From positions 23-64,022 of the forward strand of contig JAITCU010000026.1 of the NCBI GenBank assembly GCA_031282835.1: DNA of 64,000 nt, written 5' to 3'. The position numbers were made by a program, and so were the translations under genes. The stretch comes from Puniceicoccales bacterium. GTDB lineage: Bacteria > Verrucomicrobiota > Verrucomicrobiia > Opitutales > JAIRLM01. This document shows positions 17,714-27,462 of the stretch, piece by piece (positions within the stretch are counted from its first letter, which is position 1; every line of letters starts with the position of its first letter). Under the pieces are notes generated by a model. It did no database searches and had not been told where the DNA came from. It was given only the letters and a program-made list of their open reading frames with translations.

Positions 17714-18748
17714 ATGTCGAAGATTATATCTCAAACCTTTTCGGGTTCAGTTGGCGGGTCCCGCTTGGATATACCCCATCCTTCGGAGCCCACGAAAGTT
17801 GTTGAAACAGTTTCTTTGTCCATGCCTATAGATGTTTGGCGCCAAATTCAATGTTTCTTATGCCTTATTCTCCCGCGCGACTTTTGCGTATGGTTGATGT
17901 CCAAAATACGTAACAACTACAGCGGGCAAGACTTTCACCGGCCGCCAAGTGGGGATCGTACAACGGAGATTGAGGCGCTTCCCGCGGGAACTTTGGTTGC
18001 GCATCCGTCGCAGGAGACCCCGCAAGGAGAGTGCGACGTCACGGATATTGCGGTGGCGGCAACCCCCGGGGAGGGCCCTCCCGAAAACCATGAGTTTCAC
18101 ATCGAATTGCAGTACCCGCAAAAATGTGTTTCCCATGCGCCGACTACTCGCGGCGAGTGTTGCGTCGTTCCGTACTTCAGACTCGGAGATTATATGAGTC
18201 TTGGACTGGTGTCGTGTATTATGCCGAGGGGTGATGGTACCATAATGGTGACGCATGAAGGTTGCATGCTTCTGCATGAATTTGTGGAGAGTCTTTACGG
18301 TACTACTCGGTTGGTGGTAGCTAAGGCATACGAGGGTGTCACACAAATGGTGGTTGGCATGGGTGATCTTGCGAAGCGGCAATGGATTATGTTGCTCACG
18401 GTGGCTTTGTGTAAGGCAAATGGTAAACACGAAAATGACATGGCGAAAGATCGGCAACTCCAGGAGGAGATTGGCATCCTGCTTGACTTGTCGCGGCGGT
18501 ACAAAACCCCAACAGAGGTAAGAAATGATGCTGAGATTGCAAGAGCGTTGGCGGAGGTCGAGGAAGCAAATGCTAGGTATGCGGCGGCACATAAGCTGGT
18601 CGTCGATGCGACAACTAGTTGCGAGGCTGATATGGCCCGCACACGGAGGGAGCGGGAAGCGGCCGATGTGGAACTGAAGTTAAGACTCGAAAAGATGCAT
18701 GACGGTTTCTTTGTCATGCTTGGGAAACGCCTCTTTAGAAGCGGTTGA
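17714..18748 (+). CDS. Orphan 344-aa protein with C-terminal coiled coil
   Basis: TTGACA(17679)-N16-CAGACT-N7-ATG; Ser/Pro-rich N-terminus followed by a hydrophobic patch. Confidence 0.8.
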   Translation: MSKIISQTFSGSVGGSRLDIPHPSEPTKVVETVSLSMPIDVWRQIQCFLCLILPRDFCVWLMSKIRNNYSGQDFHRPPSGDRTTEIEALPAGTLVAHPSQETPQGECDVTDIAVAATPGEGPPENHEFHIELQYPQKCVSHAPTTRGECCVVPYFRLGDYMSLGLVSCIMPRGDGTIMVTHEGCMLLHEFVESLYGTTRLVVAKAYEGVTQMVVGMGDLAKRQWIMLLTVALCKANGKHENDMAKDRQLQEEIGILLDLSRRYKTPTEVRNDAEIARALAEVEEANARYAAAHKLVVDATTSCEADMARTRREREAADVELKLRLEKMHDGFFVMLGKRLFRSG

Positions 18749-18849
18749 AGTGGCCAACCTTTGATTGATGCCCCTCTTTTGTGCTTGGAGGAGAATTTTC
18801 CGTCGAGCATCAAGCGTTACGCCTGTGGTTAGTGTAGTTGGGCTACGGA

Positions 18850-19265
18850 CAATTTGTCGCAGCCCACCTGGGCGGCCGCGCGAGGTATAGCTGCGACCCA
18901 TCACGAATTTAACAAAAATTAGCCAAAATCATAAACGGGTTGACAAATGTCTGTTCCACAGCAATATGGTCCCAGAATCAGGATTCTAAAAAGGAAAGTT
19001 CAATATGAAAAGTACAACCGCATTCACGACAGATATTTTTGATGACAATTGGGAACGGCAGACGTTCCTAGTCCCAGGATTGACACCTGGCTTCAAACTG
19101 GAACCCCTATTCCCATGGGAGTTTCCTGCGTCTTCAGGACGGGCCAGCCAGCTGCCAGCTGCGAAAGCCATCCCCAAAATATCACCAACACATAAAAAAC
19201 TGAGCCAGCTTATCCGATCGGAGAACCTATGAAAACTAACAAAAAACCAATGGCAAATTATCACT
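18850..19265 (+). repeat. Family-A dispersed element, copy 2
   Basis: TTGACA 18940, CAATAT 18962, AGAATCAGGATTCT 18974-18987, ATG 19005. Confidence 0.9.
19005..19232 (+). CDS. Small ORF1 of family-A element (75 aa, longest version)
   Basis: Colinear with copy 1; its TGA overlaps a second ATG (ATGA) that is preceded by GGAG. Confidence 0.5.
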   Translation: MKSTTAFTTDIFDDNWERQTFLVPGLTPGFKLEPLFPWEFPASSGRASQLPAAKAIPKISPTHKKLSQLIRSENL

Positions 19266-19343
19266 TCGGCCACCGGGCCGCGGGCAATCATGCGTGCGGC
19301 GTTGACAGCCGGACGATTGGCAACAGCATATGAACGGAAATTG

Positions 19344-20906
19344 ATGGATACGGCAAACGAGATCATAGAGAGAATTCGGAAAGAAATCGCGGCCCTGCAG
19401 CCGTCCACCGTCCACGAAAATTTTGGACACGTGCTTTCCATCGGTGATGGCGTCGCGTTTGCCAGTGGACTTTCACAGGTAAAACTCAACGAAAAGGTAC
19501 AGTTTGCCGATGGCTCATTGGGCCTGGCGCTTAACTTGGCCGAGGACTGCGTTGGCATCGTGGTGCTTTCCGATGGGGCAAAGATTAACGCCGGGGATGA
19601 GGTAAAGACCACCGGCGAACTCCTTTCCGTTCCCGTCGGCAAGGAGCTCCTGGGCCGGGTGGTTAATGGACTGGGCGAGCCCATCGACGGCCACGGACCC
19701 GTGGGGACTACGGCCCACTATCCCGTGGAAAAAATTGCTCCGGGAATTCTCCCCCGCCAATCGGTGAGCCAGCCGCTGCAAACGGGAGTCATTGCCATCG
19801 ACTCCATGATCCCCATCGGCCGTGGGCAACGGGAACTCATCATCGGCGACCGGGCCACGGGAAAAACTTCCATCGCCATCGACGCAATTTTGAACCAGGC
19901 GAAAATCAACCACCAGGGGGAAGCGTCCGGGGATCCAAATTTTCGCCCCGTCTATTCCATCTACGTTGCCATTGGCCAGCGCCGATCCGCCGTCGCCCGG
20001 ACCATCCAACTGCTCGAATCCCACGGGGCGCTTTCCTACACCATCGTCCTAGCCGAAGGGGCATCCAATAATCCCGTGGGCCAGTACATCGCCCCCTATG
20101 CGGGAGCGGCCATGGGCGAGTGGTTCATGGATAACGGCATGGATGCGCTCATCGTCTACGACGATTTATCCAAACATGCCGTCGCCTACCGGCAAATTTC
20201 ACTCGTCCTCAAACGCCCAGCCGGCAGGCAGGCCTACCCCGGAGATATCTTTTACCTGCACTCCCGCCTTTTGGAGCGGGCGGCGCGGCTCACCAAGGAA
20301 AACGGTGGCGGATCCCTAACAGCTCTCCCCATCGTTGAAACGCAGGAGGGGGACGTCTCCGCATACATTCCCACCAACATCATATCCATCACCGATGGAC
20401 AAATTTATCTGGACACGGACCTCTTCAATCGCGGCGTCCGCCCCGCCGTCGCCACCGGCATTTCCGTTTCCCGCGTGGGATCGGCCGCCCAGGTGAAGGC
20501 CTTTAAGCAAGTGGCCGGGAAAGTGAAGTTGGACCTGGGTCAGTATTATGAATTGATGGCATTTGCGCAATTTGGTTCCGAGTTGGACGAGCGCACGCAG
20601 CAGCAATTAGACCGCGGTGCCCGCATCGTGGAACTTTTTAAGCAGCCGCGGCTCGCTCCGAAACCCATGGAAATGCAGGTTTTTCTCCTTTGGGCAGTGC
20701 AAAACGGATTTTTGGACAAAATTCCAGTCAACAAAACAAAAGCGGCAGTAGACGACCTGGAACAATGGGCTCAATCGGCACAATTGCATCTCTTGGAAGA
20801 CATTGCCACTAAAAAGGAAATCGACGGCGATATCTGTGAACGGCTCCATCGGGCATTAGAATCCTGGCAGGCGGCACAAGCCGAGGACGTGCAGGCAAGC
20901 GCGTGA
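19344..20906 (+). CDS. atpA: F1Fo ATP synthase subunit alpha
   Basis: [39 protein letters not shown]. Confidence 0.98.
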   Translation: MDTANEIIERIRKEIAALQPSTVHENFGHVLSIGDGVAFASGLSQVKLNEKVQFADGSLGLALNLAEDCVGIVVLSDGAKINAGDEVKTTGELLSVPVGKELLGRVVNGLGEPIDGHGPVGTTAHYPVEKIAPGILPRQSVSQPLQTGVIAIDSMIPIGRGQRELIIGDRATGKTSIAIDAILNQAKINHQGEASGDPNFRPVYSIYVAIGQRRSAVARTIQLLESHGALSYTIVLAEGASNNPVGQYIAPYAGAAMGEWFMDNGMDALIVYDDLSKHAVAYRQISLVLKRPAGRQAYPGDIFYLHSRLLERAARLTKENGGGSLTALPIVETQEGDVSAYIPTNIISITDGQIYLDTDLFNRGVRPAVATGISVSRVGSAAQVKAFKQVAGKVKLDLGQYYELMAFAQFGSELDERTQQQLDRGARIVELFKQPRLAPKPMEMQVFLLWAVQNGFLDKIPVNKTKAAVDDLEQWAQSAQLHLLEDIATKKEIDGDICERLHRALESWQAAQAEDVQASA

Positions 20907-20912
20907 GGAACA

Positions 20913-21809
20913 ATGAAAAGCTTTAAGGAAATTAAACAGCGGTTGCGGGCCGTACGGAACACTGCGAAAATCACCCGCGCCATGCAGCTGGTCGCATCCT
21001 CGAAGATGCACCGGGCGCAGCAATTGGCCATTGGTGGACGTTCCTATTCGTTGCGCCTGGCCGAACTTGCCAACCGGCTTTTGGCGGAATTCGCCCAAAA
21101 TCGCCGGAAGAAATTTTCCCATCCGCTTTTGGAAGAACGCGAAATCCACTTCCGGGGCGTTATTCTGGTAAGTACCAACAAGGGCCTTTGTGGATCGTTG
21201 AATCAAAACCTCTTTCGCACGCTACCGCCAGCAGGTGACGCCGTAAAGTACATTGCCGTGGGAAAGAAAGGAAAGCAGTTCCTGGCATCGCGGCAACTGC
21301 CCCTACTTGCGGAATTTTCGCTCACCGACAACGTCCCCTTCCATGAAGTCCGCAATATCGCCAACTTTGCCCAAAATGCCTATTTAAATGGTGAGATCGA
21401 CAGCATCGAGGTAATCTCCACCGTATATGTCAACACCCTGTGCCAAAAGCCAATATTGCAAGCGCTTTTACCATTGAAGTTGTCGCCGGATGGCGCGGAA
21501 CAACAACGAAAAGTCCTTCGCCGGGAACGGGATGTGATGCCGGTGGATCCGCGAGGTTTAATCATCGAACCCTCGCCAGACGCGGTCATGCGGGCATTGG
21601 TGGAAAGCTTTTTGCGCGAGACCCTCTACCATCTGTTGCTGGAAGCGAAAGCCGCGGAGCAAAGCGCCCGGGTTGTAGCCATGAAAACGGCAACGGACAA
21701 CGCCGAATCCATCGCCAAGACTCTCAATTTGGAGTACAACAAAGCCCGGCAAACGTCCATTACCAATGAAATCATCGAAATTTCCAGCGCCTCCGTCGCT
21801 GCCCAGTGA
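20913..21809 (+). CDS. atpG: F1Fo ATP synthase subunit gamma
   Basis: KITRAMQLVASSK, KGLCG, YNKARQTSITNEIIEI. Confidence 0.97.
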   Translation: MKSFKEIKQRLRAVRNTAKITRAMQLVASSKMHRAQQLAIGGRSYSLRLAELANRLLAEFAQNRRKKFSHPLLEEREIHFRGVILVSTNKGLCGSLNQNLFRTLPPAGDAVKYIAVGKKGKQFLASRQLPLLAEFSLTDNVPFHEVRNIANFAQNAYLNGEIDSIEVISTVYVNTLCQKPILQALLPLKLSPDGAEQQRKVLRRERDVMPVDPRGLIIEPSPDAVMRALVESFLRETLYHLLLEAKAAEQSARVVAMKTATDNAESIAKTLNLEYNKARQTSITNEIIEISSASVAAQ

Positions 21810-21863
21810 CCACGGTACATTCCACTTGAGAAAGCAGAGAAATTTTAACCCAATGGATTGAGT

Positions 21864-23207
21864 ATGTTCGAGAAACTTTCAGAAAAGCTGCAGGGGGCCG
21901 TGCGTACCTTGCGCGGGCTCAATCATATCACAGAGCGCAATATTAAAGACGTGCTGGCAGAAGTCCGGGACGCACTTCTGGATGCGGACGTCTCTTTTGA
22001 CGTTATCAAATCGTTTTTGGAGACAATTCGCGAGAAGTCCATGGGGGAAAAGGTCCTCAAGTCCATCGCCCCTGGACAACAACTCATTAAAATCATCAAC
22101 GACTCTATCACCGAACTCTTCAGTCACACGCAAAAATTTTCCGAGGAAAAGCCTCTGCGCGTGCTCATGGTCGGACTTCACGGATCTGGCAAAACCACAT
22201 CTACCATTAAGCTCGCTTACCACTTGCGAAATAGGGGCTATCACCCTGCGGTGGCAACCTGTGACGTATATCGGCCAGCGGCCATTGACCAATTGGAGCA
22301 GTTGGCAAATGGGGAAGGTATCGCGGTTTACAGCGATCGGAATGAAAAGAAGCCCGTAACCATTGCCAAGGACGTCCTGGAGAAAATGAAAGGGGATGCC
22401 TTCATTTTTGACACCGCAGGGCGTTTGCAAATTGCTGAAGATTTAATCGCTGAATTGAAGGAACTTAAAAAGGCGGTGCAGCCACAGGAAATCCTCCTCA
22501 TCGTTGATAGTGCCCTCGGCCAGGAAGCCGTCTCCGTGGCTAAAACTTTCCACGAAGCGGTCGGACTCACGGGGATTTTTTTAACCAAATTGGATGGCGA
22601 CACGCGCGGAGGAGCGGCGTTGTCCATGAAATATGCCACTGGTGTACCCATCCAATTCATTGGGACTGGCGAGCACGTGACCGACATGGACGCCTTCCGA
22701 GCGGAGGGAATGGCCCAGCGCATCCTGGGCATGGGCGATGTGGTATCCCTGGTGGAGCGGGCCAAAGAGCGCGTGGACAAAGAGGAGGCGGATCGGCTGG
22801 CCAAGCGCTTCCGGAAGGCGGAGTTCGACTTTGAGGACTATCTTTCACACATTGAACAAATTGAAAAAATGGGATCCATGGCCTCGCTCATGCAGCTTCT
22901 CCCCGGCACCAGCGGCCAAACCATATCCCCACGGGAACTCTCCCAGGTCGAACAAACGAAGGCCATCATTCGCGCCATGACGCTTCAGGAGCGGCGCAAA
23001 CCGTCCCTCATCTCCGGCGGGCGCAAACTCCGCATTGCTAAGGGCTCTGGGGTGCAACTGAAGGATGTCAACCACCTGTTAAAGCAGTTTGAAATGGTCA
23101 AGAAATCGATGAAGAAAATGAAAACCCCGCAGGGGCAGAAGGCAACCCAGCGCATGTCCGGCGCCGGCGCGGTACAACAGATCGCAAAATTATTTGGCGA
23201 TAAATGA
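21864..23207 (+). CDS. ffh: Signal recognition particle protein
   Basis: GLHGSGKTT, DTAGR, TKLDGDTRGGAALS, RILGMGD and an M domain. Confidence 0.97.
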   Translation: MFEKLSEKLQGAVRTLRGLNHITERNIKDVLAEVRDALLDADVSFDVIKSFLETIREKSMGEKVLKSIAPGQQLIKIINDSITELFSHTQKFSEEKPLRVLMVGLHGSGKTTSTIKLAYHLRNRGYHPAVATCDVYRPAAIDQLEQLANGEGIAVYSDRNEKKPVTIAKDVLEKMKGDAFIFDTAGRLQIAEDLIAELKELKKAVQPQEILLIVDSALGQEAVSVAKTFHEAVGLTGIFLTKLDGDTRGGAALSMKYATGVPIQFIGTGEHVTDMDAFRAEGMAQRILGMGDVVSLVERAKERVDKEEADRLAKRFRKAEFDFEDYLSHIEQIEKMGSMASLMQLLPGTSGQTISPRELSQVEQTKAIIRAMTLQERRKPSLISGGRKLRIAKGSGVQLKDVNHLLKQFEMVKKSMKKMKTPQGQKATQRMSGAGAVQQIAKLFGDK

Positions 23208-26200
23208 ATCTTGCAACAAAAATTTTACACACATGCCCATTGACAATTTGCCTGCGTTTAATGGGATCCTCGACGAACTGTATGTTATCAACTTTGCGTA
23301 GCAACGATAAGCTGCCACCGCTGACTCCCAAAATGTCGGTTGCTGCATTGATATCGGATAAATGGACCATTGATGTGTCCCCGACTGATCTGAGCAATAC
23401 CCAGGGTTGCGTATCTGTTTGTATGATTGGCCTACTAAACAACCGTTCTCTTTGGAATTTTTTTAATGTTATCCGCTGCACCGTTGATAGTTATCCAGAT
23501 GGTGTGTACCTTATTATTAATCCGCCCCTGCTTGACAGCCTTTTTGCCGGGATTGCTGCACTCAATTGCCTAACTGAAGGTCAGTGTTTTCCGCCGACAC
23601 AAAGAGGTGGTTTCGGCGATTCACCACTGTGCCATTTTCACCCAACTGATAATCCCAGCATTTTCAAGTATTCCAGGGAAGTTAATGGAGATCTTTGTAA
23701 GAAATTTTCTATGCCGGATTGTGGCGATTGCAACGTGATGGGAAAAAGGTGGGATATCTACCGATCGTCTGATGTACTTTTCGTGAGGAGAATCGGCAGC
23801 ATTGATTATGAATATGCTCAAAAACTTGTTGAAGCCGTGCGATCAGGTCATCCTATTCGCGTGTTTGCGGTGAAAAGCAGAACTCTGGGCGTTGAGGCTT
23901 TAGAATGCGCTTTTCGGAGGGCATATGCATATGTAAACGAACGCGCTAATTTGCTTATCCCAAGAAACCAAGAGATGCGCGCTGGTTATTATTTTCTTAC
24001 ACAATGGCTCCACCGTGTTTTGCAATCGGAGCATCGTATGGAAAACAGCTTCCAAGGCAGCAATGAGAAATGCTTTATTTATTGTGGTTTGGATGTCCCG
24101 GTTGACATCCCCCCGCCACCAATTGGAACAAAAAGTGATTTGGGTGGTCAATTTGCTACACCTGACGAAAAGGAATTCGGCTTGCCAACATTCGACAGAA
24201 CCGTCGGCTGCGAATCCGCGGGAGAGTGGGAGTTTTCGTACGATGGTGAAACACTTACGGTAACGGCATTTGGCAATATTCGCTGGGAAAATGTGCAAAG
24301 GCTAGCTCTTGAGCTTCAGTTGGTTCAGGGTGAAATTGTGATTAGGATACCAGCCAATATCGAGGCAAGAATTTTGGCTGCGCAATTCCGGGCCGCATAT
24401 GAATACATGCTCACAGAGTCCGATTTAAGTGTTTCGCGGAATGAACAAATGCTTATTGGCTTTTGCCTGCTAGCCAATTTCTTTGGGCGAGTTGCCGATA
24501 TTTGTGTTTATGAGGAGGTTACGCAGGGGGACATGGTATGGCATGTCTTCAAGGGAACATTTCCTGAATTTAATGTTCCAGCGGCCAGTCTTGTGGCCAC
24601 AAGTAGGAGTCAGCGAGTAAACAGCGCGCTTGTGGATGCCTTCATTGAGGCATTTCCCGAGAGTCTTGAGATCACCAATCCAATTCTCCGGGATATGCAA
24701 GGCTTCAGGGAACGATTTCGCGTATTTGCAAACAAGCATGGCGATATCCTTCCGCATGAAGTTGTCAGTGAGATCCTAAGGTGCCCATTGGATAGTCATG
24801 AGCTTATTGAGTTTTTTGAATGTTGCATATTCCGAGAACTAACCCCCCCTTTAGCGCCGTGGAGTGGCATTGACATTATCGTGTTATATGACAAGTTTCG
24901 CACAGTTTTGGGCATTTCCGATGAAACAATGCCCATAACTGGGAGCGTGCACACTCGCGGCTGGACGGCCAGCGATTTTTGGCACACAGTGGCTTGCTGC
25001 GCCGTCGAATTGGACCCGAGAATTGTCAACATTATCGCGGTCAGCATTTTTAGACAATGGTGGACCGGCGTCATCTTGCGGAATTTTCTTGGATCATTAA
25101 GAATTTTTGCCGATCAGATTTGCACCATGTCCAAGGCCCAGATTGCCAAAGGTGTTTCTTTTAGATCATCAGCACACTGTGACATATTGCCCGTGCTGAT
25201 CGACACGTTTTTGAAAATCGGTCTGGAAATTGACGAGCCTGAGATCGCTCAGTCTGTTGCGGAAATTTTAAATAGCAACCTTCCGCCTGTGGATTTACAC
25301 ATCGCCATCGCCAGATACACTGCGGAGCAATTATCCAAACTAGCCGTGCCAATCGTTTGCAAGCCTTCGAGCGAACCAGCGATGGAGCCAAAATCATTTG
25401 CGCCAGAAACTACTCCAGAGTTGCTGCTCGAAGCGGCTACTACCGGTTCATCGCCTGAGCCAGTTACCAGTGAGCCGTCAACAGATCCTGCAGACAAATT
25501 TGGGTCGCCCGAATCGGGTGCTCCAGTTTATTCGGTTGAACTGGATTCGTCTCCCCAAAGGCTTTCACTACTTGTGCCTGATTCCTTGCGTAAATATTTC
25601 ACGTCGCAGGGGTGGGGGATCGTACATACGCGGGGCGATGGCAACTGTGCATTGAACGCAATTGCAGTTTCGTGTGCACTGAGTCTCTATACCAGCAGGG
25701 CCTTTCGGCGGGAATTGTGGTTTATTATTTTGGGGCTTCGCGGCCTCACACGATTTTCATCAATTTCGGATAGTTTGGCCGGCGCTAAGGTGGTGCCGTT
25801 TCCCGTCATCAAAATTTCCATTAAGGCTTTGCGCGTAAATGATACGAGAAATAATGAATTCGTTGTCAGAGTACTTATTAGGCACTGCCTTGAAATGATC
25901 CCTGAGGATTGGGCACTTTTCGGAGCGGATCGTCAAAGTCTCAAAGCACTCCTGTCAGAACTCCAGCAGATACCTGCACTATCCACGGTATTTACGGAAC
26001 TCCAACAAAGCGAAGCTTTCACGAACTTCTTCTCGTCAAATCCTACCCACCCAAATAATCCCTTAAAAGCGAGGGAAGATTTTATCCGTGCTCTTTTCGA
26101 CGAATTGCAATTTTTGGCACAATTTTACCTTCGCGACATATTGAGTACCGCCCCCCTGGGGGACAATGTGCCAGATTGTTTCCACCTGTTCCTTGAGCGA

Positions 26201-26503
26201 GAAGCCACTATCGCTGCTTATCGACAGAACATCACAGGTGTGACCGGTAGATTTTGCGGGTTTTTGGATATGGGATTTGCGTCTGTTATTCTGCGTATCC
26301 CGGTTGTTGTAGTAACGGACAAGTATGCAATTGGTTTTTCAATTGTCGGAGAGGTCTTCACTGTCGACCTTCACAACTTGCCAGCTGGATCAATTGTTTT
26401 ATGGTACAACGGCCATGAGCACTTTGAGGTTTTCTCCAGAGAACCTCTCATCGACAAAATGTGGCTTGTTAAGGATAGCCCCGATGGAGAAAGTCCTTCA
26501 TAG
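23204..26503 (+). CDS. Orphan 1099-aa protein with internal repeats and a C-terminal OTU-like cysteine protease domain
   Basis: TRGDGNCALNAI (Cys codon 25646) and LWYNGHEHFE (His codon 26420); start may be 23282. Confidence 0.8.
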   Translation: MNLATKILHTCPLTICLRLMGSSTNCMLSTLRSNDKLPPLTPKMSVAALISDKWTIDVSPTDLSNTQGCVSVCMIGLLNNRSLWNFFNVIRCTVDSYPDGVYLIINPPLLDSLFAGIAALNCLTEGQCFPPTQRGGFGDSPLCHFHPTDNPSIFKYSREVNGDLCKKFSMPDCGDCNVMGKRWDIYRSSDVLFVRRIGSIDYEYAQKLVEAVRSGHPIRVFAVKSRTLGVEALECAFRRAYAYVNERANLLIPRNQEMRAGYYFLTQWLHRVLQSEHRMENSFQGSNEKCFIYCGLDVPVDIPPPPIGTKSDLGGQFATPDEKEFGLPTFDRTVGCESAGEWEFSYDGETLTVTAFGNIRWENVQRLALELQLVQGEIVIRIPANIEARILAAQFRAAYEYMLTESDLSVSRNEQMLIGFCLLANFFGRVADICVYEEVTQGDMVWHVFKGTFPEFNVPAASLVATSRSQRVNSALVDAFIEAFPESLEITNPILRDMQGFRERFRVFANKHGDILPHEVVSEILRCPLDSHELIEFFECCIFRELTPPLAPWSGIDIIVLYDKFRTVLGISDETMPITGSVHTRGWTASDFWHTVACCAVELDPRIVNIIAVSIFRQWWTGVILRNFLGSLRIFADQICTMSKAQIAKGVSFRSSAHCDILPVLIDTFLKIGLEIDEPEIAQSVAEILNSNLPPVDLHIAIARYTAEQLSKLAVPIVCKPSSEPAMEPKSFAPETTPELLLEAATTGSSPEPVTSEPSTDPADKFGSPESGAPVYSVELDSSPQRLSLLVPDSLRKYFTSQGWGIVHTRGDGNCALNAIAVSCALSLYTSRAFRRELWFIILGLRGLTRFSSISDSLAGAKVVPFPVIKISIKALRVNDTRNNEFVVRVLIRHCLEMIPEDWALFGADRQSLKALLSELQQIPALSTVFTELQQSEAFTNFFSSNPTHPNNPLKAREDFIRALFDELQFLAQFYLRDILSTAPLGDNVPDCFHLFLEREATIAAYRQNITGVTGRFCGFLDMGFASVILRIPVVVVTDKYAIGFSIVGEVFTVDLHNLPAGSIVLWYNGHEHFEVFSREPLIDKMWLVKDSPDGESPS

Positions 26504-26534
26504 GCTTGACTATGAGGGACTTTTTCCATCGGGG
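26479..26534. repeat. Family-B 56-bp palindrome
   Basis: ccccgatggagaaagtccttcatag-gcttga-ctatgagggactttttccatcgggg; 25-bp arms with two G.T mismatches. Confidence 0.9.
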
Positions 26535-26588
26535 TGCTTTTCTCGTGATTTCCGTTGCGCGTGGGCTGGGCTCTGATAAAAAGTTTCA

Positions 26589-27341
26589 GTGGCATCAAGG
26601 ACCATTCCGCTGGACCTCAAGCTTGGCAGGTTAGTTTCCCGGCCCAATCGGTTTATATTTGAGGGAATCGCTAATGGCCAGCGGCAGCGGTGGCACTGCC
26701 CAGTTACGGGAAAAATTGGCAAAATTGATAACTTTGACGGGATTCCGTGCCTGTTTACTCCGGCAACGCCAGCGGACAAAAGATCGACTCAGGGAACCGT
26801 TGAAGCCATCCATCTGCGTGAAAAAACCGGTTGGATTGGCATTAATCAAAATCGCATTAATGGCTGGATTGAGGAATTTTTGCGCAAAAACGCCGTCCCA
26901 GATTTGGTTAACACCAGGGGCTGCACCATCCGCCATGAGGTCATGGCTGGGGATTCCCGATTGGATCTGGTCGTTGAAAATGGCAATTCCCGCACGTTCG
27001 TAGAACTTAAAACGCCGACCCATGACTTGCTGTTAACCGATGACGCCCGCTTCACTACGCCCAGTTCCGGAGCCTCATTTTTTGAACGGCTCATCCGGCA
27101 CTACGAAAGTCTTCGCCGTCTGGCAGCAGACGGAAATCGCACAATTTTGGTTCTTTGTTTCATGTACGACGCACCCCCGTTCACGCCACCGCCCATGGAC
27201 AAATGGAACGAGCCCATCATGCGGGCGGCCAAACACGCCCAGGAATGCGGCGTTGAGAACTGGCAAATGAACCTGCACATCACGCCCAAATCCCTGAAGA
27301 TTACACGGCACATGCCCGTAAATCGGGCGTATGAATTCTAA
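26589..27341 (+). CDS. sfsA: SfsA family PD-(D/E)xK nuclease-like protein
   Basis: RPNRF, HCPVTG, SRLD...FVELK, A...GVE motifs. Confidence 0.8.
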   Translation: MASRTIPLDLKLGRLVSRPNRFIFEGIANGQRQRWHCPVTGKIGKIDNFDGIPCLFTPATPADKRSTQGTVEAIHLREKTGWIGINQNRINGWIEEFLRKNAVPDLVNTRGCTIRHEVMAGDSRLDLVVENGNSRTFVELKTPTHDLLLTDDARFTTPSSGASFFERLIRHYESLRRLAADGNRTILVLCFMYDAPPFTPPPMDKWNEPIMRAAKHAQECGVENWQMNLHITPKSLKITRHMPVNRAYEF

Positions 27342-27462
27342 GCCGAAAAATGTGTCGTGGAGTTTGGGAAATGGTTCTCCAGGTGCGGCTAATCCGCGAA
27401 AAAGACTATTCCCGTGAAAGAGCTTGCAAGCTGGTCGGTTATGTGTTAGAAGGGCACCGTTT

